Shown here piece by piece: positions 1-11,799 of a stretch of DNA of 64,000 nt. Numbering within the stretch: position 1 is the first letter of the stretch; every line of letters begins with the position of its first letter. A program made the position numbers and the translations under genes. The notes under the pieces were generated by a model. That model was not told the DNA's origin, searched no databases, and saw only the letters and a list, made by a program, of their open reading frames with translations. Origin of the DNA: Azolla caroliniana. Lineage: Eukaryota; Plantae; Polypodiophyta. The stretch covers positions 310,001-374,000 of the forward strand of contig JBHGNT010000003.1 of assembly GCA_043228905.1 (NCBI GenBank), given 5' to 3'.

Positions 1-1992
1 GTAGGGAAATCATGTATATCCTTAACTTCTCCTTGTTTCTTGCCTCGACACGGTTTCTAATAGAAGCAATAGGACATCAGGTATTATTATACAAGCTCTA
101 CATATGATGAAAGGGTAATGAAAAACCATCAATACTAACCCAATCCTTGAATGCAATAAAATACTCTGATAACGCCTTATATGAAGACGTTAGAGGATAA
201 TCCTCGGTCACTTGTTCCCAAGTTATACATCCAAGTTGTTTCATCATAACTTCTTGGATCTTCATGTACACCTTATGACTGTAAAATTAGAAATCAAGAT
301 TAGAACTTTGAATTACACCAGATAGACTACAATTTCAGTATTTGAAAGACTTACTTATTGAACTCAGTGACCATTTCTTCAAGGCTTAAATCTTTCGCCA
401 CAACCCTTGACAAAACAGACACAAGAAGCTGCTCGTCCTTAATACCTTGCATCGCTCTCCACAGAGACAGCTTCATGTCGTCTGCCACTTCTTCAATTGT
501 CAAGTCAATTTTCTTGGCGGCTTGTGACTTTAACTCTAGTTGAGGGTCAACCTTACATTTCTTTTGTCGTTGATCCTTTACCTCCTTATTCTCCCACATT
601 GAGAAGATTTCATCTTGTAGGTCCCATACTTCTCCATCTCTAAATGCCAATTGAAACCAAGACTCATATTTTTGAAGACCATCGGACTTAACATTATCAT
701 CTGCCACAATGCCGACTTCATGCAGACATTGACGTCGTAGGCCTGGATGTAACTTCACACCAAACTTTTGTTTCACGTCTAAATACTCGTGGTGGAAGAA
801 CCGTATACGCTCAATGGACGACATTTTCTGCCTATAGTCATTATCATTATTATGGTCCCATGCCAACAGCTTAGCCTCCTTGGTTGTGAGCCCAACATAA
901 ATTTTGCACTCGGCATACTTGAAGAAGAAAGTCGTTGGATGTTCTCTCACAAGTTGCCGACGTGCCTCTGCTGAATGCGATCCACCAATGAAAAAATAAT
1001 TATATTGATCATGCTTTCTAATATCAAAATCTTCAATGGTTTCACATTCTTCAGGATCTACCATAACAATAAATGGCACCACAGTGGCATGAGGATTAAT
1101 TTTCATTTTTTTCTTGAGATTTTGAACATGCATGCGGTGTGGCTCTCTAATCTCAAGTGGTCGTCGACCTGTTTTTTCATCAATAGGGGGCCGATGGATG
1201 TGTGTTATAGGCAAATTAAACATTTGCCCTTTCCTGACCAGTTTACGTTGCATTAACTCTCTCCTTATCTTATTCTGCTCGGATGACAAAACACCCGATG
1301 CCAGCTCAGCTCTTGGCGTCCCCTTATTATCCTCCTCTTCGTTTTCACTTGTTGAATCGGTGTCCTACATTTTGGTTGTCTTCTTCTTTGGTGGTCTTGA
1401 CTGGACTTTGGATACCCTTTTTGTGGCCTTCAATGGGGAGGGCACTTCATCTCTTAGAGTTACATGGCCTTGTATATAAGGCCTCAAGGTAACAATAAGG
1501 TTTTGTGAGCTTTCAAGATCTTTTTTGAACGCTTCTGGCCCACAAGATTCCTTTACTAAAAGGTCTTCTGAAAGGAACACTTTACGTACCCCCTTGGAGC
1601 ACTCTATCATTACCAGTATGTTGGCCGAATCTGCATCTTCGTAGTCAAATCGTAGAATACGGCCATACATAAATGGGGTTTCCTTTCCAAGCTGCCCCTC
1701 CCCCTTCTTCTTTGCTGTATACAATACGACTTTTTTCTTTGAGTCGACATATTGCATACACCATTCCTTGTCCGTTAGATCACGGTCAGGAAGGTCTTCA
1801 CCTCTAGTAGCGGCGACAAGTTTCTTTTGGCTAACATCAATATGTGGCTGAGATTTTGTCTCCTCGTTGAAGAGAAGCTTTTTTCCTCTCTTCATGGTCT
1901 CAGGAGCTACCTTGGTCTGGGCTTCGATTGGAGAACCCTGTATGCGAAGCTTTATTTTCTTCACGGGTCGGTCTGACAGGTTCTCAAACGAC
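1..1992 (-). pseudogene. Spliced gene encoding a ParB/Srx-like N-terminal domain protein; one in-frame TAG; continues beyond the window start
   Basis: ORFs 1365-2090 and 351-1289 are in the same frame, separated only by TAG at 1365-1367. Acceptor ttaaatAG at 1993-1994. GT-AG introns 354-279 (donor GTAAGT, acceptor ttttacAG) and 139-57 keep the frame open: ...EFN-N-HKVYMKIQ...FKDW-KPCRGKKQ.... ParB-N-like motif order: LPITHIHRP / IREPHRMHVQNLKKKM / PFIVMV / FIGGSHSAEARRQL / LAWDHN / MSSIERIRFF. Likely start ATG 1893-1895. Confidence 0.7.
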
Positions 1993-2498
1993 CTATTTAA
2001 GAAAGTATATGCAAAAACATAAGTTAGGTGGTCACGTAGATTAAGGTTGTATATTAAAATATAAATATGAAGATGAAGAACAGTTCTCACTAGTAGGCGA
2101 TTAGTGGTGAAGTGAAAATATCAATCATGCATTTAGAGTACATGGTAGTCCTATATTCAAAAATCTATTCTAGGCAGGGCTATTCAAACTAGAAAATATA
2201 TATCGTAATAAGTAAATAGGGTTATATATTCTTTTAAAGAGTAGGTATGACTTATATAGATTCCAAACCTTTATTGAGGAGAATTTGCTATCGTAAAGGA
2301 AATTTGTGGATCATTTTCTACTATTTTAAGCTATAGTAGGTCATAAAACACCTACAATTAGGGCATGTTTTTTTTTAAAAGTAAGGCAAGTCAACATAAA
2401 AAAGACTGATTTTGACAGACAATTTGATATTTTTTCCACACAATAATTAATTGTTACACCAAAAACACAATTTTTCTCTTTCAGAGCCTTCTTTTATA

Positions 2499-2662
2499 CA
2501 AGAACTCGATATGGCGTATCGAGTTCCTGTTTAAAGTGTAGGTGCTGTATCGAGTTCGTGTTTAAAGTGTAGGTTTTAAACAGGAACTCGATACGCCGTA
2601 TCGAGTTCTTGTTTAAAAAGCAAAAAAAAATTATGAACTCGATACGCCATATCGAGTTCTTG
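2499..2662. repeat. Cluster of 25-bp palindromes GAACTCGATA-N5-TATCGAGTTC inside a perfect 28-bp inverted repeat
   Basis: Full copies at 2502-2526, 2584-2608 and 2635-2659; half-site at 2547-2557. 2499-2526 is the exact reverse complement of 2635-2662. Confidence 0.95.
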
Positions 2663-2879
2663 AGCGACAAAACATATTTGCAAAAATGTCCACAGTGTCA
2701 GAGGCCTACCTGGAGTCCTCGCGCTCGATTCTCTTTGAAGACATGGTTGATCGTGTGGTAGTGGAGGCGGAGATCGCGCTTTTGTGCTTTGTGCTCTGTG
2801 TGCTTTGTGTGCTCTATACGTTCTGTGTGCTCTGTACGATCTGTATGCTCTTGTGAGTGAAATATGACGAGGTCTTCCC

Positions 2880-3290
2880 ATTTATAGGGATTGACCACAT
2901 TGGTTAAAGTAACCATAGTCACCTTAACCATGGTTGGTAAGTTTGAGGATAGTTAGTTGGTAACCACAGTCACATTAACTAGAGTAACTTATGATTGCAT
3001 TAATGATTACAAAGTCAAACTAACATATTGATCAATCTTTTATAGTCATAACAACCTGCAATGACTTCAAAGGTCATGAAGGAGACAATGATAGAGGTTC
3101 ATGAATGTACCAATGATTGATTACTAAAAGCAACAATTTTTATGACTCTCAAATGCTGTGTGTATTAAAGATGTGGGCATGAATTAACCAATGATTGATA
3201 AGTCTAATATTTAAAATGGTGAGCATTAAAGAACCAATGAGTGAGAGGTTCTATATCAAAATGGGTGCCATTAATTAGCCAATGATTTTA
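2880..3290. promoter_or_regulatory. Putative divergent promoter: TATAAA on the minus strand (2881-2886) and repeated CCAATGA boxes
   Basis: accaatgattga at about 3109 and 3187, accaatgagtga at about 3233, gccaatgatt at about 3278. Lies between two head-to-head ORFs. A possible 5'UTR donor G|GTAGG is at about 2710. Confidence 0.4.
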
Positions 3291-3589
3291 ACATTAATCC
3301 AACATATTTATGGCTTGTTAATGATTAGATTTATATTATACTTGATTTAACTTCATATAGATGTAGTTTAAATAATAATTGATATTTTAAATACAATTAC
3401 TTTATTAAAAATAATTTTTTTATGTATTGTATTAATAGAATATTACATAATATAGACATTCTATTGATTTGGCTTTTGTTTAGAGAGAAGTTTATGTTTA
3501 GAGAGGAGTATATGTTTAGAGAGGAGCTTATTAGTTTTTTTCCTTACCCTAAGCACATAACTTACTGAGCCCTATCTAGACCTTAAGCC

Positions 3590-4050
3590 ATGAGTGAAGA
3601 TTCACCGTTCTCGATTGAAGAATATTGTTTGTCATCAGACTCATCGTTTTCTACTGAAGAGTATTGTTTGTCGACAAAGTCACCATATTCGATTGAAGAA
3701 TATTGTCTGTCGACAGACTCACCATATTCTATCGAAGAATATTGTCTGAGCTCATCTACAGGGAATGTAAATAATGACACATGTGAAGAGTTCTCTATTG
3801 AAGAATACGATATTAATAAAGATACGGAGAATGAAGGTAGTGCCCAGGAAACATTGAATAACATTGGCGATGGTCACAACAGAGAATTAGATTGTAACAA
3901 GGTTACACCAACCTCTATGCAGGAAGAGAAATCTGGGAGCCCTATGCATATTAGAAGAATCCCACGAAGAATTCGTCTAGCTAGATTTAGCTTGGTGACA
4001 TCAGATAAACAGATTGGATTTGATGTCAAAAAAATATGTTGTGCCCGTGG
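3590..4050 (+). pseudogene. 5' fragment of an acidic ORF with 39-bp (13-aa, SPYSIEEYCLSTD) tandem repeats, truncated at KKICCARG by Gypsy RT sequence
   Basis: Four 39-bp repeats at 3602-3757. Abrupt switch to RT codons (LQSVNKVTIRN) at about 4051 with no LTR end. Confidence 0.55.
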
Positions 4051-6259
4051 TCCTGCAGTCGGTCAACAAGGTGACCATTCGAAACGCAGGTATTGGACCG
4101 ACCATTGATGAGTTCGTGGAGGCCTTCGCAGGGAGGTCAATCTACTTGGTCGGGGATCTGTACTCAAGGTACGATCAGTTCCAACTAGCCGTAGAGAGCA
4201 GGGATGTCACGACGATGTGGACTCCTCTCGGCCTAGTTCGGATGTGTACCTTGCCGCAAGGAGGAATGAACTCGGTGGCGCACATGGTGAATGTGATGAA
4301 CAAGGTGTTGAGGGACTGCATCCCGGACATCACCATGCCGTTTCTGGACGACATACCGATCAAAGGATGTCCGGTGGAGGACAAGGATGAGTCTGTTGGG
4401 CCCGACGGTTGCCGGAGGTTCGTGATGGATCACATCTGTGACTGCGAGAAGGTGCTACAAAGACTCGAGAGCGCGCGACTCACCTTCTCTGGAGAAAAAT
4501 CAGCCTTCGGACAGCCGGAGGTCCTGGTAGTTGGACACCTGTGCGGGCCCTATGGCCGGAAACCGTCCCCGGCGAAGGTAGAAGGCATCTCCGCGATGAA
4601 GGACGACTGCGGGTCGGTTACGGGGGTCCGTAGAATCTTGGGGGCGTGCGCGTTCTACCACATCTGGATTCCGCACTACGCGCATGTCGCGGAGCCACTC
4701 TATGGGCTATTGAAAAAAGGGCGTAGGTTCGAGTCGAGTACGGAGCACACGGAGTCGGTCCGGAGGATGAAGGAGGCGCTTGCTGCAGCACCGGCTCTCC
4801 AAAAAGCGGTTTACGGCAAGGAAGTTCCCATCTGCGTGACGGTGGACACGAGCCCGACTGGGATCAGGTGGGTAATCAGTCAGGAGGACAAGGACGGCGT
4901 ACGGTTCCCAATCCGGTTCGGGGCGAAGGTATTGAGCGAGCGGCAACGAGGATACGCCCAAGTTAAGCGCGAGCTTTGGGGTATCGTTTCGGCAGTCAAG
5001 GCCGACAAGGACTATCTGATCGAGACGGACTGCCTACCGATTCTAGGTATGGTTTCTGGATGCGCGACTCCGGACCTGGCGATGCTCAGGTGGATCGCGT
5101 ACATCAAGTCCATGAACCCGGAGATATGGCACATCTCCGAAAAAGATAATGCCATGGCCGATATGCTTTCGAGGGTGCGTTTCAATGATGAGGACGGCAT
5201 GGTTTCGGATAACGAGGAAGTGGGCGAAGATTTCTTCGGGTCAGCCAACGTAACAACAAGAAAGGGGGTACTCCGGCGTTTAACGAATTTGACGAGAACA
5301 AGTACGATGGGGAGTGGCTCCAGATCGGCGGGTTCCTGAAGGCAATGACACCAGACATGGCATGGATGAAAGAAGAGGCCAACCGGATTCCGAGGAAAGC
5401 GTACCGATTCTTTCTATGGGACGGGAGCATATGGAAGCACCCGAAGAAGAGAGACGACATCCCGCTCCGAGTAGTGGCAAAGAAAGAGGAACAGGAAGAA
5501 TTGCTGATGGCGTACCACGAGAGTCCCTGGGCCGGACACCGCGGGACGTGGACCACATTTGAGAAGCTAAAGGGGAAGTATTGGTGGCCAGGGCTATACC
5601 GGGACGTGCATCGGTTCGTGACGACTTGCGAAAGTTGTCAGGTGCACTCCATAGTCCGACATCGGGACGAGCTCCACCCGACCTACCCTCCGACCGTCCA
5701 CTTCAAGTGGATGGTGGATCTGGTGACGATGCCGATGGGGGTAGGGCAGATGCGGTATTTGGTGCTGGCTCGGGAGGACTTGATGAACCAGGTGGAAGGC
5801 TGAGCATTGCAGAGCAAATCGATCGCGGCTGTGTGCCGATTTCTGATCGAAGAACTGGTATGTCAGTACAGGTGCGTTGGGAAGATCGTGGCCGACCACG
5901 GGGAATTGGACGTGCAAGAGGCGGAAGAGCTGTTTGAACAACTAGGAATTAAACTCTCGCTCACCACGGCGTACAATCCGGAGGCCAACGGGAAGGTGGA
6001 GCGTGGACATGGGCTGATCGTCAAAGTGTTAGTACGAGCGTGTGGAGGCCAAGTCGAGAACTGGCCACGGCTCCTACCCTACGCGTTGTGGGCGGACCGA
6101 ACTACGCACAGTTCGGTAACTGGGTTCATGCCGGCAGACCTAATGTATGGGCAGAAGCCGATCATGCCAACAGAGCAGACAATCTCCTCGTGGGCCACGG
6201 TGGATTGGAACAACGAGATGAGCTGGGAGGAGCTGTTAGTGGCACGAATTCTGTAGCTA
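4051..6259 (+). mobile_element. pol: Ty3/Gypsy pol fragment (RT-RNaseH-integrase), no LTRs, degenerate
   Basis: LPQG and FLDDIPIKG RT motifs; VDTSPTGI RNaseH; H-H-C-C zinc finger (YHES..GHRG..CESCQ); D,D-35-E region (MVDLV, ADHGE, NGKVER). Frameshift at about 5270 and TGA at 5801. Confidence 0.93.
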
Positions 6260-6421
6260 ATTGCAATTCTTGTGATTCTGTGGGTTTGTCGGCATGTGAA
6301 TTTCATCGTAAGAGTCCTTCCCCTCCATTCGGTTATTTCTTGGTCTGAGGCCCCGGTGGTCCCGCCTCATTCTCCACGCACGCGCGTAACAATGCAACAA
6401 CGTCAGCGTAACAACGCGACA
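6260..6421 (+). repeat. Gypsy LTR 3' (U5) fragment ending at 6399, followed by a second LTR tip ending at 6421
   Basis: ...cacgcacgcgcgtaacaatgcaaca (6399) then ACGT; ...gcgtaacaacgcgaca (6421) then ACGT. Both match the U5 ends at 15659 and 27823. Confidence 0.75.
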
Positions 6422-9400
6422 ACGTTAGGGTGAGCGTCGGAGACGTCGATATAAACCAACACTTTTTCATACAAGAGACGTCGTCCCACACAGTCATCCT
6501 CGGCGAACCATACATCATGGCAGCTAGAATGGAGACGAAAGTGCTGACAATGGTTCAGCCTATGCGAGGGTAAAAAGTCAGGACGGTCGTCATTCCGTCC
6601 AATTTTTGACCGTTCGGAAGAATCACAAGCGGAACAAGGACACCCTCTAAAATAACGACAAGGCAGATTTTTAGAAAGGGCTATCAAGGCATGGGGCCAC
6701 GATAGTCCGGATAGCTGGAAAATTCCCTACATCTGTAAACTAGGGAGGAAAGTTTTGTTCTCCGACAACGGGGGATGTATCATAGCCAGCATCAGTGGCC
6801 GAGAAAGAAAGCGGGCTGAGATACGCTTAAAGGCGTGTGGAGCCTTGAGTCATGACGAAGGGATTGGTGAAGCCGTGGAGGCGGTCTTGTTTGATGATAC
6901 CCTTGGAGATATCAGGAAGGTAGTCGAGGGAGGCCTAAGCGAAGACCGAGTCATACTGGTCAACTCGGTCGACATGTATGAAGTCATTGCAGACTTCGAA
7001 AGAAAAATCAGGGTGTATCGGATTGCCCGAGTAGACACCAAGTACAAGACTGTGGACCAGAAGGTGAAGCCCGTCGCGGCCCCCTTACCGGAGGGCAGCT
7101 GGGAACGAATAAAAGGGGTTGCTATTGACCCGAGCTTGCGAGATCCGGCCGGCATAGGACACCGTTTCATCGATAAAACACTACGAGAGCTGAAGATCGG
7201 TGGGGGTGGCTTCCTACTGCCGGCGGAAGAGGACCGGTTTAGAAGGATGCTCGAGAGGCACCGGAAAGCCTTCGCATTCTCGTCGGGAGAGATCAAGTGC
7301 GTTGACCCGACCATTGTTGAACAATTGGTGATCTTCACCATGCCGCACGTGCCATGGAGTCTCAAACCAATTCAAGTACCCAGAGCTCACATGCCAATGT
7401 TGAAGGTGGAGCTGGGCATCCTCGAACCATCAAGTGCCCCTTACTCTAATCGGTGGTTTACGGTACCAAAGAAGAACGGTACGCGACGCTTCATCCAGGA
7501 CTTACAACCTGTTAGCAAGGTGACCATCCGCAATACGAGAGTTGGACGATCGATCGATGAGTTCGTAGAAGCCTTTGCCGGAAGCTCCATATACTCGGTC
7601 GGAGACCTTTACTCGGGGTACGACCAGTTCCAGCTGGCTGTGGAAAGCAGGGACATCACGACAATGTGAACCCCTCTCGTCCTAGTTCGAATGTGTACCC
7701 TACCGCAGGGGGGGACCAACTCGGTGGCACACATGGTGAATGCAATGAACAAAGTTCTGCGGGACTGCATTCGGGACATCACCATGCCTTTCCTAGACGA
7801 CATCCCTATCAAGGGGTGTCCGGAGGACACCGAGGATGAGTCGATCGGCGCGGACGGGTGCCGAAGGTTTGTCACCGACCATATCTCCGACTGCGAGAAG
7901 ATACTACAGAGGCTAGAAGGCGCGCGACTTACCTTCTCGGGAGAGAAGTTGGCCTTCGGACAACCGGAGATCTTAGTGGTGGGCCATCTATGTGGGCTGT
8001 ACAGATGGAAGCCATCGCCGACCAAGGTAGAGGCCATCTCGGCAATGAAGGAGGAGTGCGGATCCATTACAGAGGTCCATCGATTCTTAGGAGCATGCGC
8101 CTTCTACCACATATGGATCCCTCATTACGCGCACGTCGCCTAACCACTCTACAGCTTGCTAAAGAAGAGCAGGAAATTTGAATGGATAAAGGAACATACC
8201 GAGCCGGCCCCGAGGCTAACGAACAAGACCACCGCGGCAGTATGTAAATTTTTGATAGAAGATGTCATATGCCGATATGGGTGCGTGGGAAAAATCGTGG
8301 CTGACCGAGGCGAGCTAGACACGGAAGAGGCCGAGGAATTGTTCGATCGGTTAGGCGTAAAACTATCCCTCACAACGGCGTACAACCTGGAGGCAAACGG
8401 AAAGATTGAGCGGTGCCACAGTCCGGTTGTAACAACCATTGTACGCGCGTGCGAAGGACGAGTCAGCGACTGGCCGAGGTTGCTCCCTTACGCGCTATGG
8501 GCGGATAAGACTACCCACAGTTCTGTGACAGGGTACATGCCGACAGAACTAATGTTTGGACAGAAACCCACCATGCCAGTAGAGCGGACGATCGCCTCAT
8601 GGACGGCGATTGATTGGGCCAACGAAATGAGTCGAGAAGAATTGCTTGCGGCCCGAATCCGGCAACTCGAGCGAAGGCCAGAAGACATGGAGTGGTGTCG
8701 TGTTACTACGCGCGTGCGTGTAGAATAAGGTGGGCCAACGGGGGTCTTGGACTAGGGAGTAGATGGGAAGATGGGTATGAGCAAAGTGGAAGAGATTAAC
8801 ACGGTAGAGGAAGTAGAAAGAGATTAGATTCAAGAAGCTATGTATATTATGGGCATGAAAGCCTCAATGTGATTACAACCGCGGTCGGGTGGGCCGAACT
8901 CAAGACATAAGTAGAATGAAAACCCTAATAGGATAAGTAAAGAAAGAAATGAAGAAACCCTAAACCGAATAGACACTCTCGACCTAAGTGGTATACCTCT
9001 TCTTACTCAAAATATGCAACCCCTTCAATGGTGCCCCTTCCTCTCCTTTTATAGTATAAGGAGGGAAATCCGTTACAAAAAAAGAGGCTAAATATCCCCT
9101 TCATTGAATGGGGGATATTTGCTTAGATTCTTGGAGGAGGGATTGATGGGCCTTAACTCCCACTCCTCACACGTACTACTATGCCCCTTACTCACCTCGT
9201 ACTCCTATGTACCCCTCTCTTTCTCATGTGGATGTGCACATAAGTGCACATCACATTTACATTTTTAGGAATCTTACAATTTACATTTGTTCTTATTAAT
9301 ATTTACGAATACATCATGTGCGTGTGCAACGTTGCACACCTCGGTTTTGCTCACTCCGTCGATTTTCCCCCTATGGACAAAAATCTTCACGACATCCGCC

Positions 9401-11799
9401 CCCACCAAACCGCACATCCATCGGTATGTGCCAAGAAGGGGAAAGAGGTGAGATTTTCGGCCATGGCGATAAACCGAGTCCTTAGCATCCTTGCCAGCCT
9501 TGCCCGACTTCGCCTTCCACTTCGAGCAAGCCCGTCCCTTCCACATGGACCGTCATAGCCTCCCGGTCTGCCATACCCGCCGTATGCTCTCGACCCATCG
9601 GGTCCATCCGATCCACCATACTCGCTGGCTTCCTTCGTTTTCCGCGCGCGACTTTGGACCGAATCCTCGTCCTTCCCGACTGTTTGCCGGATATCGCATC
9701 GTGTGCTCTTCGTCCACGCTTTTCTTGCCTCGGCCGCTTCCTCGACTCGTCACTGTCACGCGCCGAACATCGTCGTCGATCATCCTTGTGCTCATCGCTC
9801 GGCCCTTAGGCGGCCACATCGCACGTCTCGCACTCCGCTTCGCTCCGCGTATCCTTTCGAAAAGGTACGTTGCTTCCTCGACATCCGTGTTGATGCTCTC
9901 ATCTTTGGTGTCCTCCGCAACCTTTGAAGTTATCGCTTCGCCCCGAGGTACACCCTCATGGTCCGCTTGGCCTGCTTGGCCGCACACATCCTTTGGGATG
10001 CCCCGTTTGCTTTTCACGGTGCGTAAACCTCCGTTCTCCACGCACCTGCTCTGTTTCCCTAGACACAATCCTTCGTTCATGCCGATCGTGCACGTTTCGT
10101 TCCGTCGATCTTGGCGTCTTGTCGCGCGGTCCTTCATCCCACGCTTGCCTCTTAAAGGGTCCTGGTCACTCTGGTTGTACGCCGGATTCGGCGCCTCACG
10201 TCTCGCGTGTGACCCTCCTTTGGTTGGACCGTCTCCTCGTCTCGAGCACCTGGGTGTGTCGTCTCTCTTCATTCCGGGCTTGCCTTCCGTAGGTTCTTCC
10301 CGTGCGTCGATTTCGTCCTCCGAGTACGCGCTCGATCTTCGGTCCTTAGGTTTGATGGGATTGATGGGCCTTAACTCCCACTCCTCACACGTACTACTAT
10401 GCCCCTTACTCACCTCGTACTCCTATGTAACCCTCTCTTTCTCATGTGGATGTGCACATAAGTGCACATCACATTTACATTTTTAGGAATCTTACAATTT
10501 ACATTTGTTCTTATTAATATTTATGAATACATCATGTGCATGTGCAACATTGCACACCCCGGTTTTGCTCACTTCGCTCGATTTTCCCCCTATGGACGAA
10601 AATCTTCACGACAGCGGGCCACGGCAAGGGTGAAAGAAGCGAGAATCCGGAGCAAGGCCTGGTTCGACTGGACACACCGGCTCCAACCAAGGAAGATTGA
10701 GGAAGGCGATTGGGTGTTAGTCTACGACAACAACCTCGACAACTAGCATAGGTCTAGGTTTAAGTTCGCAAAGCGATGGTTTGGGCCATACGTGGTAATT
10801 AGCGTCAACGATAACGCGACGTATAATCTCGCGGAGCTCGACGGGATCCGAATGACGACTCTAGTGGCCAAGAAGCGGATAAAGGCCTTCAAAAGGCGGA
10901 GCGAGGCGGAACCGGACCCAGGAGCTGAAAGGACCAATTCAGAAGGGAAGGACGAGTAGCAAATGGCCTAGAATCCCTCACTAAAATCGCTGCCCGGCAC
11001 ATAACGGAGTATGTGCGGTTTAGTGGGGGTGGATGTCGTGAAGATTCCGGGCCATCGGTAGAAACAATGTCAAACGCGCGGGAGCACTAGTGTGCACGAG
11101 TGCACATTCCTAGTGAATTAGATAGTGTAAGTACTATGCATAGGAAAAAGGAGGTGTACTAGGTAGTTAAAGCATTAATAGGGATTCAGACATCGCGTAA
11201 GTAGGGACAATTACAAGGAGAGCGAATCAGGGGGGAGAATTTAGGAAGTTAAAGCGACAAGGCCATGAATGCTCTGTAATGGTCGCTCCTTGTGCTATAA
11301 AAGGGGTGACCCTCGACTGTTTTTGGGGATGTCCATTTTTTAGAGAGAGGAGAAAAGAGAGACAAAGACCAAAGAAGACGAGGAGTCCTACGACGTGCCA
11401 CCGGAAGGCGCTTCCCCTACTCGCGTCAAACGCCTGAGTGCTCCCGACCAGGGGATCGACCTTCTGTTTGCCCACTCATCTCCGTATTTGACTATTGTAG
11501 AGCCTACACTTGAACACCGGCACTGATCCGGTTGTAATCACCCACATCACCACGCGCATATATTGATTAATAGAAGCTTATCCACCTAACGCAAGTCATT
11601 CTTAGCATATCTGTCTGCGCCTGTGTCTAGGCACGTTCCTCTTACACTATCTCTTTCGTTTCGCTAATCTTTTTTGTTTAAACCGCAATCTCAAGGCTCA
11701 CGTAAACCACAGACTCTTCCTCCTCGCTTCTCAATTCCTTGGTTCAAGACCCCTGTGGTCCTGCCCAACTTCTACGCATCCGCGAGGATTTCCTCGACA
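6422..11799 (+). mobile_element. pol: Gypsy element B, 5'-truncated: protease end, frameshift site, RT, internal deletion at about 8205, integrase, PPT, 3' LTR 11034-11799
   Basis: Protease tail QHFFIQET; RT ORFs 6755-8143; integrase 8215-8695 resumes at 10614 (RWFGPYVV); PPT gtgggggtgga; LTR TGTCG...CCTCGACA followed by ACGT and the gag of element C. Confidence 0.88.
8696..10613 (-). mobile_element. Internally deleted, non-coding Gypsy-family element inserted in the integrase of B
   Basis: Full LTR 8696-9394, then PPT complement tccgccccc. Partial second LTR about 10356-10613 repeats about 9140-9394. TSD GTGG/GCGG restores host codons DMERATA. Confidence 0.88.

Noticed and set aside
2499-2662. 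CRISPR array
   Set aside because: Only three palindromes, irregular and partly repeated spacers, no cas genes, and an intron-containing eukaryotic context.
2576-2881. ORF MGRPRHISL as the first coding exon of the ParB-like gene
   Set aside because: Its ATG abuts the TATA box, and its donor phase (1) does not match the acceptor phase (2) at 1992; more likely 5'UTR.
9491-10486. 331-aa and 286-aa overlapping ORFs as genes
   Set aside because: No recognisable motifs; GC-rich TE interior; the ORFs run into LTR sequence.
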